64,000 nt of DNA from Amphiscolops sp. MND2022 (lineage: Eukaryota): NCBI GenBank assembly GCA_964187785.1, contig OZ076412.1:11098001-11162000 (forward strand). Direction: 5' to 3'. This document shows positions 1 through 11,950 of this stretch, piece by piece. The notes under the pieces are model-generated. The model was not told the DNA's origin. It saw only the letters and a list, made by a program, of their open reading frames with translations, and ran no database searches. The first letter of the stretch is position 1; each line of letters opens with the position of its first letter. The position numbers were made by a program, and so were the translations under genes.

Positions 1-750
1 GCAACAGAACGAATGTTAAAAAATCCCAAAAGGTCCCCCCTTTTCAGAATTTTCGGCACTATGAGACTGTTCAAAATTCTCATTTTTGTTTTTTTCAAAA
101 ATTTTCAATGTTTACAGAGGGTCCACCCTTCTGTTTGTTTGATATTTTGCAACAGAACGAATGTTAAAAAATCCCATAGGGTCCCTTTCTCCAGATTTTT
201 CGGCACTATGAGACTGCCATTAAAATTTCTATTTTTTGTTTTTTTTTCGAAATTTTTTTAAAGACTCCAAAGAGTCCCCCTTCAATTTTTCAAAATTTTG
301 CAACAGAATGGGTATTAAAAAATCTCAAAGGGTCCCCTCTTTCACAGTTTACGGCATTGTGAGATTTTACAAAAGGAATAATTTTCGTGTTAAAATTTCG
401 AGGTTTTCTCAGGCCCAGCACGCTATATCCGATTTTTTTTAAATAAAAAGACCAGTTTTTTTCTATGCGACTTTTTTTTTAAAATGTTTCACCGAAGCCC
501 CTCCTCAAGTTTTGCCGGAAACGAAAAGTTTTGCGAGAGTTAAGGACTCCTCAAGGTTTTCGCCACTATGCGACTTACCGGAGACCATGAACAATATTTT
601 TGAAAAAAAATTTTCCTCATTTTTTTGTTTTTTTTTAAAGGTTTTTCGTTGAGAAAGATGGTTTTTTGCTGTTTTCAGTTGGGGAAGAATGGTTCTCGAG
701 ACTTATGCGTATCCCTTCGGGTATTTTTGGCGCTGTAAAATTGATGAAAT
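1..750 (-). mobile_element. Helentron/HINE-like non-autonomous element, long variant, cut by the window start
   Basis: Repeated internal unit GCAACAGAA-x-GAATGTTAAAAAATCCCAAA(A/G)GGTCCCC, identical in style to the copies at 35289, 36690 and 40554. Termini are not visible. Strand follows the family convention (5' end = AACAAGCCGGG...). Confidence 0.65.
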
Positions 751-860
751 TTTAATGTCCTTTTACCCTTGGTTCTTCGTATGATATTGCTTATTTGGTT
801 TCTTCAAAAGTTCGCAAGTGTTTGCGAAGCACGGCTTCGCCTCTGTGTTAAAACTTTGGG

Positions 861-2020
861 ATTCGGCGTGATCGACCGGATTGAAAAAACATAGGTGCAA
901 CTGCCATTGCGCGACGGCTCCGAGCAGACGACTACTTTGAGAGAGCCCAGGAGTAATGGGTTCTACGGAAGTGCGCCCAAGCACCCCCAATTGCATGGGG
1001 TACGTCAAAATACTTTCTTCGCAAAAAAACCCATAAATTTTCGATTTTTATTCTCTTAGCTTTTTATTCTTGAGCTTAGAGAAGACATCCTCTTGCGTCG
1101 GTTGGTACTAATTATGAGCCGGTTCGATTCGTTTAAGTAGTAAAATTAAGCAAAATCTACATTTAAAAATTTTTTTCGAAAAACTCAAAAAATTCCCGAT
1201 TTTTAATCGCCCAGTCTAAATTTTCTGAACGCCCAATAATTGTAAAATAATTTAATTTTCACGACTTTAAAGAAGACATTTTCTTGCGTCAGTTGGTACC
1301 TATTTTGAGACGGTTCGAAATGGTTCAAGCGGTAAAATTACCTAAAATCGGAAAAAAACCCTAAAAATTTTCGCAAAAATCATGTTTTCGAAGCTAATAA
1401 AATCACCCAGGCAAAAAATTGTCGGAACCTTCCTACATGGCTAGAAAGGGCATTCAGTTGCGGTTCTTTTTTAAAACTTTAAGTTCGTTTAAGTAGTAAA
1501 ATTCAGCAAAATCTACATTTAGAAAATTTTTGCGCAAAAAAAACCCCCAAAAATTTCCGATTTTTAATCGCCCAGTCTAAATTTTCTCAACGCCCAATGA
1601 TTGTAAGACGATGAAACTTTCACGACTTTAAAGAAGACATCCTCGTGCGTCAGTTGGTACCTATTTTGAGACGGTTCGATATGGTTCAAGTGGTAAAATT
1701 ACACGAAATCGGAAAAAACCCTAAAATTTTTCGCAAAAATCGTGTTTTCGAAGCTAGTAAAATCGCCCAGGCGGAAAATTTTCGGAACCTTTTTACATGG
1801 CCAGAAAGGGCATTCAGTTGCGGATCTGTTTTTGAAATTTTGAATGGTCTCGGAAAATTAGGCTTGGAGAAAACTAGCCGAAACTTTTACAAATGCAGAG
1901 GGCTGTCACGTTTTGGCGAAAAAAAAACTAAACGCAAACAATAAGGCCCCTCGCTTCGCTCGTCGCCTTGAAAACCCGAAGAGCCACTATAGTGGCGTTC
2001 TATTTTATAAAGCGCCGACT
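861..2020 (+). mobile_element. Non-autonomous element carrying a ~358-bp internal tandem repeat
   Basis: Ends in AGCGCCGACT like the HINE family and starts ATTCGGCG. About 2.2 copies of a ~358-bp unit (GTTTAAGTAGTAAAATT at 1131 and 1487; AGAAAGGGCATTCAGTTGCGG at ~1443 and ~1803). Flanked by the 10-bp direct repeat AAACTTTGGG (851-860, 2021-2030). Confidence 0.6.
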
Positions 2021-2029
2021 AAACTTTGG

Positions 2030-5000
2030 GTGGTGTCGGTTCCTGGCTCTAATGAAATGTTTTTCTTTAACCAGAGGTCAGTTTGGCAAGCAATCATTAC
2101 ATCTAAGAGTTTAAACCCATTGTTTCTGTTCGCTGTAAAATAGTGCATTTGAGATAACAAATTTGGGTTGAGTTAATCCTGTAATGTTACACCTTCAGTG
2201 TTCTTCAGCACGAAAGGCGGTGTAGAAAGTTGTTTCCAATAAAACCTAGTGTAGCAAGTGTCAACTTCTATCGTACTTGTACGAGATCTCAGTAACTTTG
2301 CACAACTCGCGTTTTAGTGATAATTGGATTGTTTTCTCCTAGTTTGTTGCATGTGGTTTCATTTTGCATGTTCTTAGCATTGTCGGTACTTCGCTTATTC
2401 CACTCTAGAAAAGATCGAGTGTTATACATGTCGTGGAAATTGAGTGTTTATTGAAGTTTTGTATTCTCAAAATAGAATGTGTCCAGGTAGCATTTGGTTG
2501 ATTAGGAAGTTAGGTAAGAGCCAGAAGGTGTTTTTGCAATCGGTAGGTTCTTGGTATGTGATTGCGTGTGGTGTACATGTCGCAACTGTTGAAGTAAGTT
2601 GCAATTCCTAATCTACGTTCCGTTGCCAGTTTTACTTAAAGTGATACAACGACGTCTTTATAAATTGCGCAATACCCAGATTGAGTGCAACTATGGCCAA
2701 GTAAAATGAGTCGACATATTATGGACTTAGCAATTACTAGTATTACTATATACAACCACCGTCGTAGAGCATTGATGAACATACGCATGCACCTTACATA
2801 TGCATTTATACGTCGTACTTTTCCTTAGCTCTTCTCTGAGTATGAACGTCGCTATTTCTATTGGCTGTTTTTACTGCAGCATGGAAACTCTTTTTTCCTG
2901 CGTACGTAGTGCGTCGTTTGTTTTTCACTGCTTTTTTATTCCCTGTAGTTCCGCTAGTGGTGTTTTGCATCTCCAGTAGTTGAAGTGAAGGAAATGCGGA
3001 GGCTGGAGGGTAGATCACAGAAGACGAGGTTGTTTGCTTGAGCCAAATTAATTCCCTCTTTCCACTCGGCCGCCACTGAAGGAGAAAGCAACTACCGTGA
3101 TTGCGCCGCATTTCGTTCGTACTTTATTATTATTGTTATTATTATCGTAAGAGGTCTGTCTGCTCATGTACATTACTACTAGTAGTAAGTAGTAGTAGTA
3201 CTAAACTCTGCGATTTACTATAATATAATTCTACTTATTCTCTACATTGAATCGCTCCCATCTCTGTCATTTTCTACTGCCTGTTGAATTACTTTGCTGT
3301 GTTTCTATCTACAACTCAGCAACTCCTAAATACATTCACTGCCATCCAATACTCAGTAAGTATAAGTATTGCGTCACTGAATGGGTTCTTTCTGTCTGTG
3401 TACCCTGTTTGTGAAGCTGTGCCCTGTCTTTGTGTGATTGCTGCTACCATACCTCTTCAAATATTTCACTCTGGTTGCTTATCAAGCCCCTTCGTTTGAT
3501 AACCACCAATCTTGGCTGTCGGTGGAGGCTACCGTCACGTTGAAAGAAGCACACCATTTCGGATTGCACGTTGGTGTGGTACCCCGTTGTTTTGTTATTA
3601 CATAACTTATCGTCCATGTTTAACGGCTTAGCAAGTGTTTACACGCTTCTGGCTCGCGAGGAATTCTCGAAAGTTGGAAGTGATTTCGATTGTTTACCTT
3701 AACTTCCATTATTTAACTTCTCCTTGAAAGTCTTTCCACTCGCATGCAATTTGTTCACACGGGTTCTCTGTTAAACTATTTTTAAACGTGTCATTACAAG
3801 CTAAAGAAGTTGATAAAAGAACGGCGGGGTTGTTACAACCGCAAGTTTCACTTTCTTCATGTACCTTAACTCTATGTTGCATTATGGGTTAGTTTGTAAC
3901 TTTCTTATGTTTTCTCATACAGGTTGTATAACTGCTGCAAAAGCGCTTCGAGTCATTCCTTCGCGATGTTCGGATTTAAAACGCGAAGACCTGATTGTTT
4001 TTAAGAATTTGGAAAAAAACTAGCTGTCAAACTACCACGATCAGGATTCACTTTTGGCGATACTTTGACACAGCTAGTTTTTTTTTGTCTGGAACCGGAA
4101 TATTCAGGCCCTGTCACATTCAATCAAGCTCGGTCAATGGTTCTGAAACATCTACTAATTTTTGTGAAATCAATTAATTTCGGACCCTTTTTGTTCTACA
4201 CTTATCGAAACGCATGCCCAGCACTGTTCCGGCTCTGTCCATTTCCAAGTTAGATTTGTTGCAGTTTCCACCATCGCGGACAGGAACCCATCTTTGATTC
4301 AAAGCTGGAATCTTTTCTGGAAGTTCTTTGAAGGGGTCGTTTTGTGATTTGACAAGTCTGTTGGCGATCCTTGATCAGATTTGTTAAGAGTCCATGCTTT
4401 GCATTCAATTGAAAATTTGAAGTGTTCCTGAATAATCTTATTTTAGTAAGAATGGTTATCATAGAATTGCAATAAACGCATGATAATTTTTTCTTTGATG
4501 TCTTTTCAAAATAACCGAGCCAATTGTTTTAAATATTTTTAAAATAAATTTTCATGACTAAAAACCGAGCCAATTGTTCGTTAAGCAATTAATAATTTTA
4601 GATTTTATCATTGGAAATCGCCAATTTTGTTTCCCAATAATTCGAACACCTGAAATGTGTTTGAAAATGCAACAATCGTGCAGCATATTTGGTAACTATG
4701 ATTCAAAACAATTGTTCGAGAGTTACTGGCGGTTATTTTTTGTTGTGGGTGTCACCTCATTACTAATTGAAATGGAAACATGAAAAGCAAGGTGTGCAAC
4801 TAGGGGTCAATGTTCAAAACGTGAACAAAGGCTTCCTTCTACTTTGTTTTTTTTTTCAGCTAAATTGCCTGCTTTCATTTTCAATTGCAATTACGTGACA
4901 CACTCCGTTCGAAAGCAGCACATGTGAGGCTCTCAAAGAGTAGGACTGGTTTGAAATGTCCAAATTTGGTTTGAAACGGATGGAATTTGTAGAATTTGAA

Positions 5001-8000
5001 AACGACGACGCCACCGCTTTTTATTCGCCAAATTTTAATGACTGGATCAATTTTGCAACAAATTATTTGTTTCGCGTTTAAGCCTGTACTGCATGTTTAA
5101 TTGAATGGTGTTTTGTTGCGTGGTCGCATCAACGTGTATGCGGCTCAAACATACTCCTGCTAATGTACAACATGACTTACCAATATGCTGAAAACTAACT
5201 TTGTAAATCTTGTTATAAATTTGTATATTTCTCGCTTCTGTGTGAGAACCATTCAAGTTATCTGAGAGCATGCATCATTGAGCAGCAATTTGCTTAAGCA
5301 TTATGCTCCATCGTCTTGCCGCCTCTAATACAGACGTATCTGCTCGGTGGTCCCGCATTTGAATTCTGCTGCATTCGACGATACCAGTAAGGTGTTTTGT
5401 GGCTTTATCATCTTGACAAAACAGCTGAATGCTAGCATGGCTCAGTCTATTTTTGTAGTCTCGCTTTCCATTATTCTTTCCCCACAAAAACATTGTTTTT
5501 ATAGGGAAAAGTAGGATTTGCGGAAACGGCCAAACATGCTCGCCTTGTGTTGGTGGATATTTTCTATAATAAATTGAAGTCTGTTGAGTCTAACAGTCTA
5601 GATGCAGCTTATAAAAAGATATGACGTGTACGAGATAATATATTACTAAAAGTTAATGATATTAACCAGGTGATTTTTATTGCCTATTACTGTTGTCTAA
5701 CTTGTAGTGTTTTATTTTCAGGTGGTTTTGAATCCAGTGACCATTTCATTGCTTCCTCCTTCTCTTGATGGTTGAAAAGCAAAGGCTCCTTGCTCGTTGT
5801 TGTGTCGAAAAGTCAACGACCACTGTCCATTGCTAATTATCATCCGGAGGTGACCCCTCGTTACTGGTTACATCTTACCGGCTGGGCTGGGTTGCTTTAT
5901 AACAGTGATAGTTATAACTGTTCCCAAACGACACCCTATAAACACCATCTTATATACATTGCATCCACTCTCCCGGGAAAAGTGGATTTCTCGATCGCCG
6001 ACCACTGATCGATTGGTGGTGTAAATCTGACCTTATATTTATACTTATCTCTCAAATATATTCTATATCGCTCCCATCATATTGCTATATCATCTGGGGC
6101 ATATAGCAGCAAAGCCATCATTCATCACACAGGTACCCATATTTGTGATTCTCCTGGGACTAGGATTGCTGTGGGACCCTTTGCCACCCTGCATGCACCT
6201 ACCGACTGCATACACATCTTGTGAGGAGTGTTTTTCAGTTGAATGAGAAATAGCGGCGGGAAAGCAGGCAACAGAATCCATCCATGATACCAACCAACTA
6301 CTGCTGGTATAAGAAGTTATTAGTTATAACCAAGTGTGGATATTACTGCTGCTTCTATTCTACTCTGTCAACCACCGTTTAGCAGAGCTGGCTGCGTCTG
6401 AAGAAAAGAGATTGCTTGGTGCACTTTTTGTGCTTTCTTCATTTCCTCACTCTGCCATTTTATGCCATTGAACTGTTGCTCTTCTGTTATTACTGCCCCT
6501 TGGTTATTACTTCTCATAACTGCTGAAGTGAACACAGCATCTACCCAAGAAGATACTACTGGAGTTGTATTGGAATTATTATTATTATTATACACATTGT
6601 GATTGCGCTATCTCATATCTTACCGCTCTCTCCTCTCCTCTCGTCTCTATTGCTTTCTTCTTACCCCTTTTTTCAACAGCCTGTTGTATTTTCCCGACTC
6701 TGTTTGTTTATCCCAGTTTTCCCGTCCCTCTGTTCGCAGTGACGGTTAGATGTTGAGATAAGAGCGGCGGCCGCTTTTGGAATTTACACAACAGATCCTT
6801 CCTTTCTGCTTTAAGCGAAGACACACAAGGTGAATAGCTGCTGCTGCTGAGAAGAAAGCGAAATTGGAAGAGCGTGGGAGAAGTTATTGCAAAGACATTT
6901 TGATGATGACTGTAGGAGCCTCCGTGAATACTTGGACATGACTATAAAGGCCACAACGTCGACCAGGAAAGTAGAGAAGAGAAATAACGGTGTATTCAAT
7001 TGGACGTGCTAGTAGAAGTACGGGTATCGTGATTATTGCTGTTATTTCTACTGCAGTGGTATTTCACAGAGTTGGGCCAAGTCTGACGAAATAAATGTCA
7101 TTCAGAAGTTGGTTTTATCTTGCTGTCAATTAAATCATCTCTTCATCAACATCGTCTAGATATAGAAGCATTACTTCCACTCTTTTTTCTGCTTGCTCGC
7201 AAATCAGCCAAGCTTGACACCATTTCTGTTGGTATTTCTTTCCTACCCTTCTAATTTCTTACTTTCTGATCTGTGTTCTATTACGAAGCAGACAAAAATC
7301 GCTATCATCCATTCACGGGTCTCTGACCATCAGTTGTATCGTGATCGCTGTTACCGGTCTTAGTGAAGCAGTCCCGACCACAAGGAGACTTCAATCAAAA
7401 GGAAGAGCCTTGGGTATTATCTCCTTTTCCTTACTTTTCCCGCCACTTTGTTTCAAGAGTTCACAACTCTCTCATTCAAGTGTTACGTCATAAGAGACCA
7501 CGACTACCATTCATTCATTGATTGTCCACTTTAAAACAGCGCCATTATCTATCTCGCACTTTGGTAACTTTCAACATTTGCAACTTTGTTTTCCTATCCA
7601 CTCGGGTGTCGTAATAGCTTGTTGACAAACAAAGAACATTAATTTGAGTCCTCTGCTAGTCGCTATTCCCAAATTTGCCAGATTATGCGCCAGACAATTG
7701 AGTTGATTCAAGCCTATTCAATCCATATTTTATCCTTGCAATATTGTATCCTTGTTTGTGATCCTCTTAAATTCTAATTACAGTAATACCCGTTTACCCT
7801 TTGAACAACTCCAAGTTATTAAAGTTTACCTAAATCTTGTTTGTATCACAAGTTTAGCTTTATCGTTATAATTATTACTACAACTACTGCTATTACTGGT
7901 ACTAGTATTACATTACATTGAATTCGACCATTTCCTATTTTCAATTGCATCACAAGCAAAAATCAATTCTATCCCTTTATTCTATTACGTCCAGTGTTGA

Positions 8001-8480
8001 GTTAAATTGGGGATTTTACGTGATAACAAAGTTTATTCAAAATTTCGTGATAATTAATTCGCAATTTTCAGCTGCTACTGTTTTCTGTAGCGCTTATTTT
8101 TTTCCTGCTCAATTGTCTTATTTGAATCATTGCAACCAATTGGTTCTCGGTGCTCTTGCTTTTTCTTAGAAGTAGAGACGTTTGTGAGCCACCGTATCAC
8201 CAAATTCAGTTAGTCTTTCAGTCGCGTCCGTCGCTTTCCTGCTTTTCTTACTAGTTGTTACTTTTTTATTCATCTTGGGTGAAGAAATGGATTTTTATGC
8301 TTCAAAGTTATCTTGTGCCACCGCAGCCCATTTGTGTTTCTTTGTATTCTTCTTGACCCTCCAAATGCAGATACCAGCTTCAAACGGTTAGTTTATCAGC
8401 CACAGTCTTTGCATTTTCTCTTTATTGTTTTATTCCCCATCATGTCACAATCATGCAAACAATCAATGCTGCTGCAGCCT
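2030..8480 (-). pseudogene. Decayed multi-ORF block with Cys-rich and membrane-protein-like segments; family unassigned (possible env/accessory region of a retroelement or an endogenous viral element)
   Basis: Hand translation gives protein-like stretches broken by stops: a CxxxC-x11-CxxC-type Cys cluster near 8470, VCQQAITTPEWIGKQSCKC*KLPKCEIDNGAVLKW near 7600, TM-like AVEITAIITIPVLLL near 7030 and LFSTFLVDVVAFIVM near 6970, and signal-like WLYIVILVIAKSIIC near 2740. (AGT)n/(AAT)n spacers lie between them. No RT, integrase or polymerase motif recognised. Confidence 0.35.
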
Positions 8481-9199
8481 TTTTTTAAAAAATAAATCCA
8501 CAGTTGCATTGAGTCATCACTAGGGTAGTAAGTCTATGCATACCAGGTACGCAGGATATATACATGAATTTAACCACATGAATGTAAAAGGTGTTACCAA
8601 AGAGCTTCCAGGTTATACACGCATAAGAAGTTGTGTAATTATTTCATTTTATATGCATTATTCTTCAAAATGAAAAAGATTAGGGCGTGACTCGCTGGTT
8701 TATCGGTACGGTGCGCTTTTTTATCATTTGAAAATTTAGGTCGAAAAAAGTAGAAATATCTGTCTGCTTCGCTTCGGAAAGGCTGCGATGAGTCATTAAA
8801 TAGTTGGAGGGTGATGTTTCATTGAGAATAGACAATATATGTGTCTGCAAGGTACCTACCTCAAGGTTGGCATGTTATTTAACGTGCAAATTAACTAAAC
8901 GTTATTTCTTCTTACATTTTTTATATATTTTTTTCTCTGATGAAAGTTCAGCTGATTTGTACACAGGGGCTTGGTGGAAAGCGGGTAAAAATTGGGTTTC
9001 AATTCAAATTTGGTTTCGCTGGCAGGAAATTCGAGTTTTGATGACTCGCTTGATTGTCATTTGAAATATAACGTTTCTGACATAAATAACATGGTTTTTG
9101 CACATGACGAAGTCAATGTGCATTGCAGTCCAGCTAAGAAAGTTTTTTTTTCCACAATAGTCAACTTCATAATGAGCGCCTTTTAGATAAAAGCCAAAA

Positions 9200-9270
9200 C
9201 CCCAGAGAGATTCGAACCTGCAGCCTCCCGATTGCACGGCATAAGTGTTGACCACTGTGCCATAGGGACG
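9200..9270 (-). repeat. tRNA-derived segment (SINE head or tRNA pseudogene)
   Basis: The minus strand has an A-box TGGCACAGTGG and a B-box GGTTCGAATC at tRNA spacing. The acceptor and anticodon stems do not pair well. Confidence 0.6.
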
Positions 9271-9444
9271 TTATTGAACAAAGTTGAACTGTTGAATATA
9301 TACGCATGCGATTAAAATAATATATATACGCATATTAAAATAATGTCTTCGTCATGTGTTGCGAAGCACCGCTTCGCCTCTGTGTTGATGAATTACAGTG
9401 AGGTCAATATTATCGAAAATAACACACTTTTTGCCAACCCTGCC

Positions 9445-9831
9445 TAGTGGTTTGACCGAAAAAATCAAACGCTATCGGCAGCAACCGCTCTTTGATAATT
9501 TCGCTACCGCTGGTTACCGCTATTCTTTGATTTTTTTAGCGAAGTCGTTCTCTTTTTGTTTGGAAAACACTTGCTTTGCTAAATTCCCGAATTCGGCAGG
9601 TTATAAAAAGGCTCATGTAACGACTTTCCTTGAACTATAAACACCATAAGCGAAGAGGGTTGCTCAATTCGTTGACACGTGGCCGCTCCGCTGATGTTAC
9701 AGACCATCAAAAAAGTTTCACACAAGAAATTTAATTGAGAATTTTGCTGTTCAGTTTATTCATATACAGCTACCACTTTTGATCCTTAGCGGTAGCCATA
9801 GCTGAATTAGCGCTTAGCGGTCAAACCACTG
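9445..9831. mobile_element. Probable hAT-type MITE
   Basis: 14-bp TIR (T/C)AGTGGTTTGACCG and subterminal TAGCG/CGCTA motifs like the MITEs at 55238-60649. No TSD recovered. Confidence 0.5.
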
Positions 9832-9967
9832 ATACTTATACAAGTTTTTTACCCGATGTTGAGGAGCTTCGATATTCATGATTGCGTCTAAGTAAAAATG
9901 AATTTGCAGCGCAACATTTAAATAGCTTTGTTTGACTGCCAAGATTAAAAGATTAAAAGCGTCTGTC

Positions 9968-10050
9968 GCCTGTAGTGGCTAGAGCAGTCGCTCTGTACTG
10001 GGGCGTTATCAGGTTCGAATCTTTCTCAACTCACCGTTTTTGGGCCTTAA
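9968..10050 (+). repeat. tRNA-derived SINE-like repeat (CTGTA loop), copy 1
   Basis: TGTAGTGGCTAG...CTGTACTGGGGCG...GGTTCGAATC...TTTTTGGGCCTTAA. A close paralog lies at 45370-45450 on the minus strand. Confidence 0.65.
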
Positions 10051-11499
10051 CCTTAAGTTGGCCAGGAAAAATCTGGTTCCATCCAAAAATCGGGTGCTTC
10101 AACTTTAAACCGCAATATCTCCTGAACTATACAAGTCCGACAAACGATTTATATGCATTACAAAGTTCTCCGCTGGCGTGCGGCTTCGCCGCACTGGCTT
10201 CGAACTTTGCGCCAAAACTTTGCACGCGTCGTGTCTCTGCTTGCTTTTCAGCATGTTTCAAAACATGCTGGGGCCGCTTTGACCTAATGTTGATACCAGT
10301 GGGATAAAAGGGGCACAAACGAAAACTGGGAAAACGGAAAATCTGCACTTATTTTTCTTTTGATTTTTTCGCCTCATTTTCTGGATTTTGGAGACATCAC
10401 GTAAATTTTCCGTGAAAAGGCGCCGAATGCTATGCAATATTGTCTGAAACTCTTATTAAAGGGTTTGCTTTACCATACAATCAGCTGGTGCGTTAAGAAT
10501 TTGCAGAAACTAAATGTGCCAAATTTGGCACATTGGCCAAGTTAAGGTTAAGCAAGTCCTTCATACCTAGCTTAGTGGTATTGTCAGTGGTAAAAAATAA
10601 TGCATTTGGCGGATAAAAGCAAAAATAAAAAGAGCAATGGTGAGCAGTCAGACTTTTGTGACCTTGAGCATGTCACTTTGAAACCGTAGGGTCAAGCCGG
10701 CCATTGCTTGACCATTTGGCTGTAAATATGGTACCATAGCTTGCTATGGGGAGATAGTGTCCGATATGTGCCCTGAATTAAAAGCATACCTGCTTATTGA
10801 GCGGCCACTCTGTTGAAATGGGGAACTTCGCTTTTGTTCTCTTGGATAGCGACTTTTCTGTCTTGGAAACACATTTGCAAAAATATGTGTATTTCTTCAC
10901 AAATGATTCCTTGAAATGTTTGAAGTGTCACATTTTTAGAAGCTTTGGAGGCCAGATTAACCAAGATTTTGTTAACGAGCAATGAAATTTCATTTTGTTT
11001 TACAGTTGACGCCTTCTCTGAGAAAGAGCAGACTGCTTGTGTCTTTTTCGAAACTCAAGGGAACTGTCAGCTTTATAAAATTGTGCTCGCAGTGGTGTTA
11101 TTTTATAGTCGTTAGGGCGTAGAAACGAAAAACCCCAGGTTCGAATTTCGAGAAGGATTACTGTTGATATTACTGTTGAATACTAAATGAAATATCCGAA
11201 ATTAGTGAATCGTGGGAAGAGAGTCTCCGGATTCTGCATATGAAGTTTGAGCGGACATCCACTTGAAGACGTGGACGGTGCTTCGGTATCTGTCAGCTAC
11301 ACGTTAACAGAAAGCTAATTACGAGTTCTTCAAAGACTATTAAAAAAGACCCGGTTTTGGAGCACTTATTACTCGTTCTGCGTGTTTTCACAGCGATCTC
11401 TATAGTAAATTTTGCAGTGCTACAAATTGGATGTTTTTGGTCGTTTTTTCTCACTTTGAAGGAAAATAGTAAAAAGAGTAATTCTGTTGCAAGTGTTTT

Positions 11500-11950
11500 C
11501 ATGCTCAGCTGGTTCAGATATTAGCCATTCGCTTCTGAGTAATTTCCTCTTTTTTCACAGTTCCTCTTTTCTGACAGTTCGTTTTGTTGTTTCAGCTCAC
11601 GTATTGCAGGGGTCGATAATATTTTTGCGAGGCGTAATTTTGTAAATTATTAATTCATACACAGTTAGATCCAGGGATTCACTGCATGCTGTAATAATTA
11701 TAGGAAAGTGATCAATAGAAACGATTTACTTTTTTCTCATGCACTTGGTTGTAATATGTTGCGTTTTCCATGTCTGCTGAAGTATGTCTGTTTTGAAGGA
11801 AATCTGACTTAACCATTGGGTCCATCGTTGTTCCAAGTTTGTCATGATTTTTGAAACATCTAACCAGAAGCCCTTTAGTAAGGATTGATTGTTTCCGCTA
11901 GCGTCGAAGCTTCCTGCTGAATGTTCCTCCTAAAGAGACGACGAATTGCG
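11500..11950 (-). pseudogene. Possible decayed LINE remnant (end of APE endonuclease)
   Basis: Minus-strand translation includes SIDHFPIII, resembling the SDHxP motif that closes LINE endonuclease domains. The frame is broken by stops. Confidence 0.25.

Noticed and set aside
8936-8990. CTGATGA as a hammerhead ribozyme core
   Set aside because: No stem II/GAAA or stem I/III pairing found here or at the other CTGATGA sites checked.
11090-11160. Possible tRNA gene
   Set aside because: Only a B-box-like GGTTCGAAT is present; no cloverleaf.
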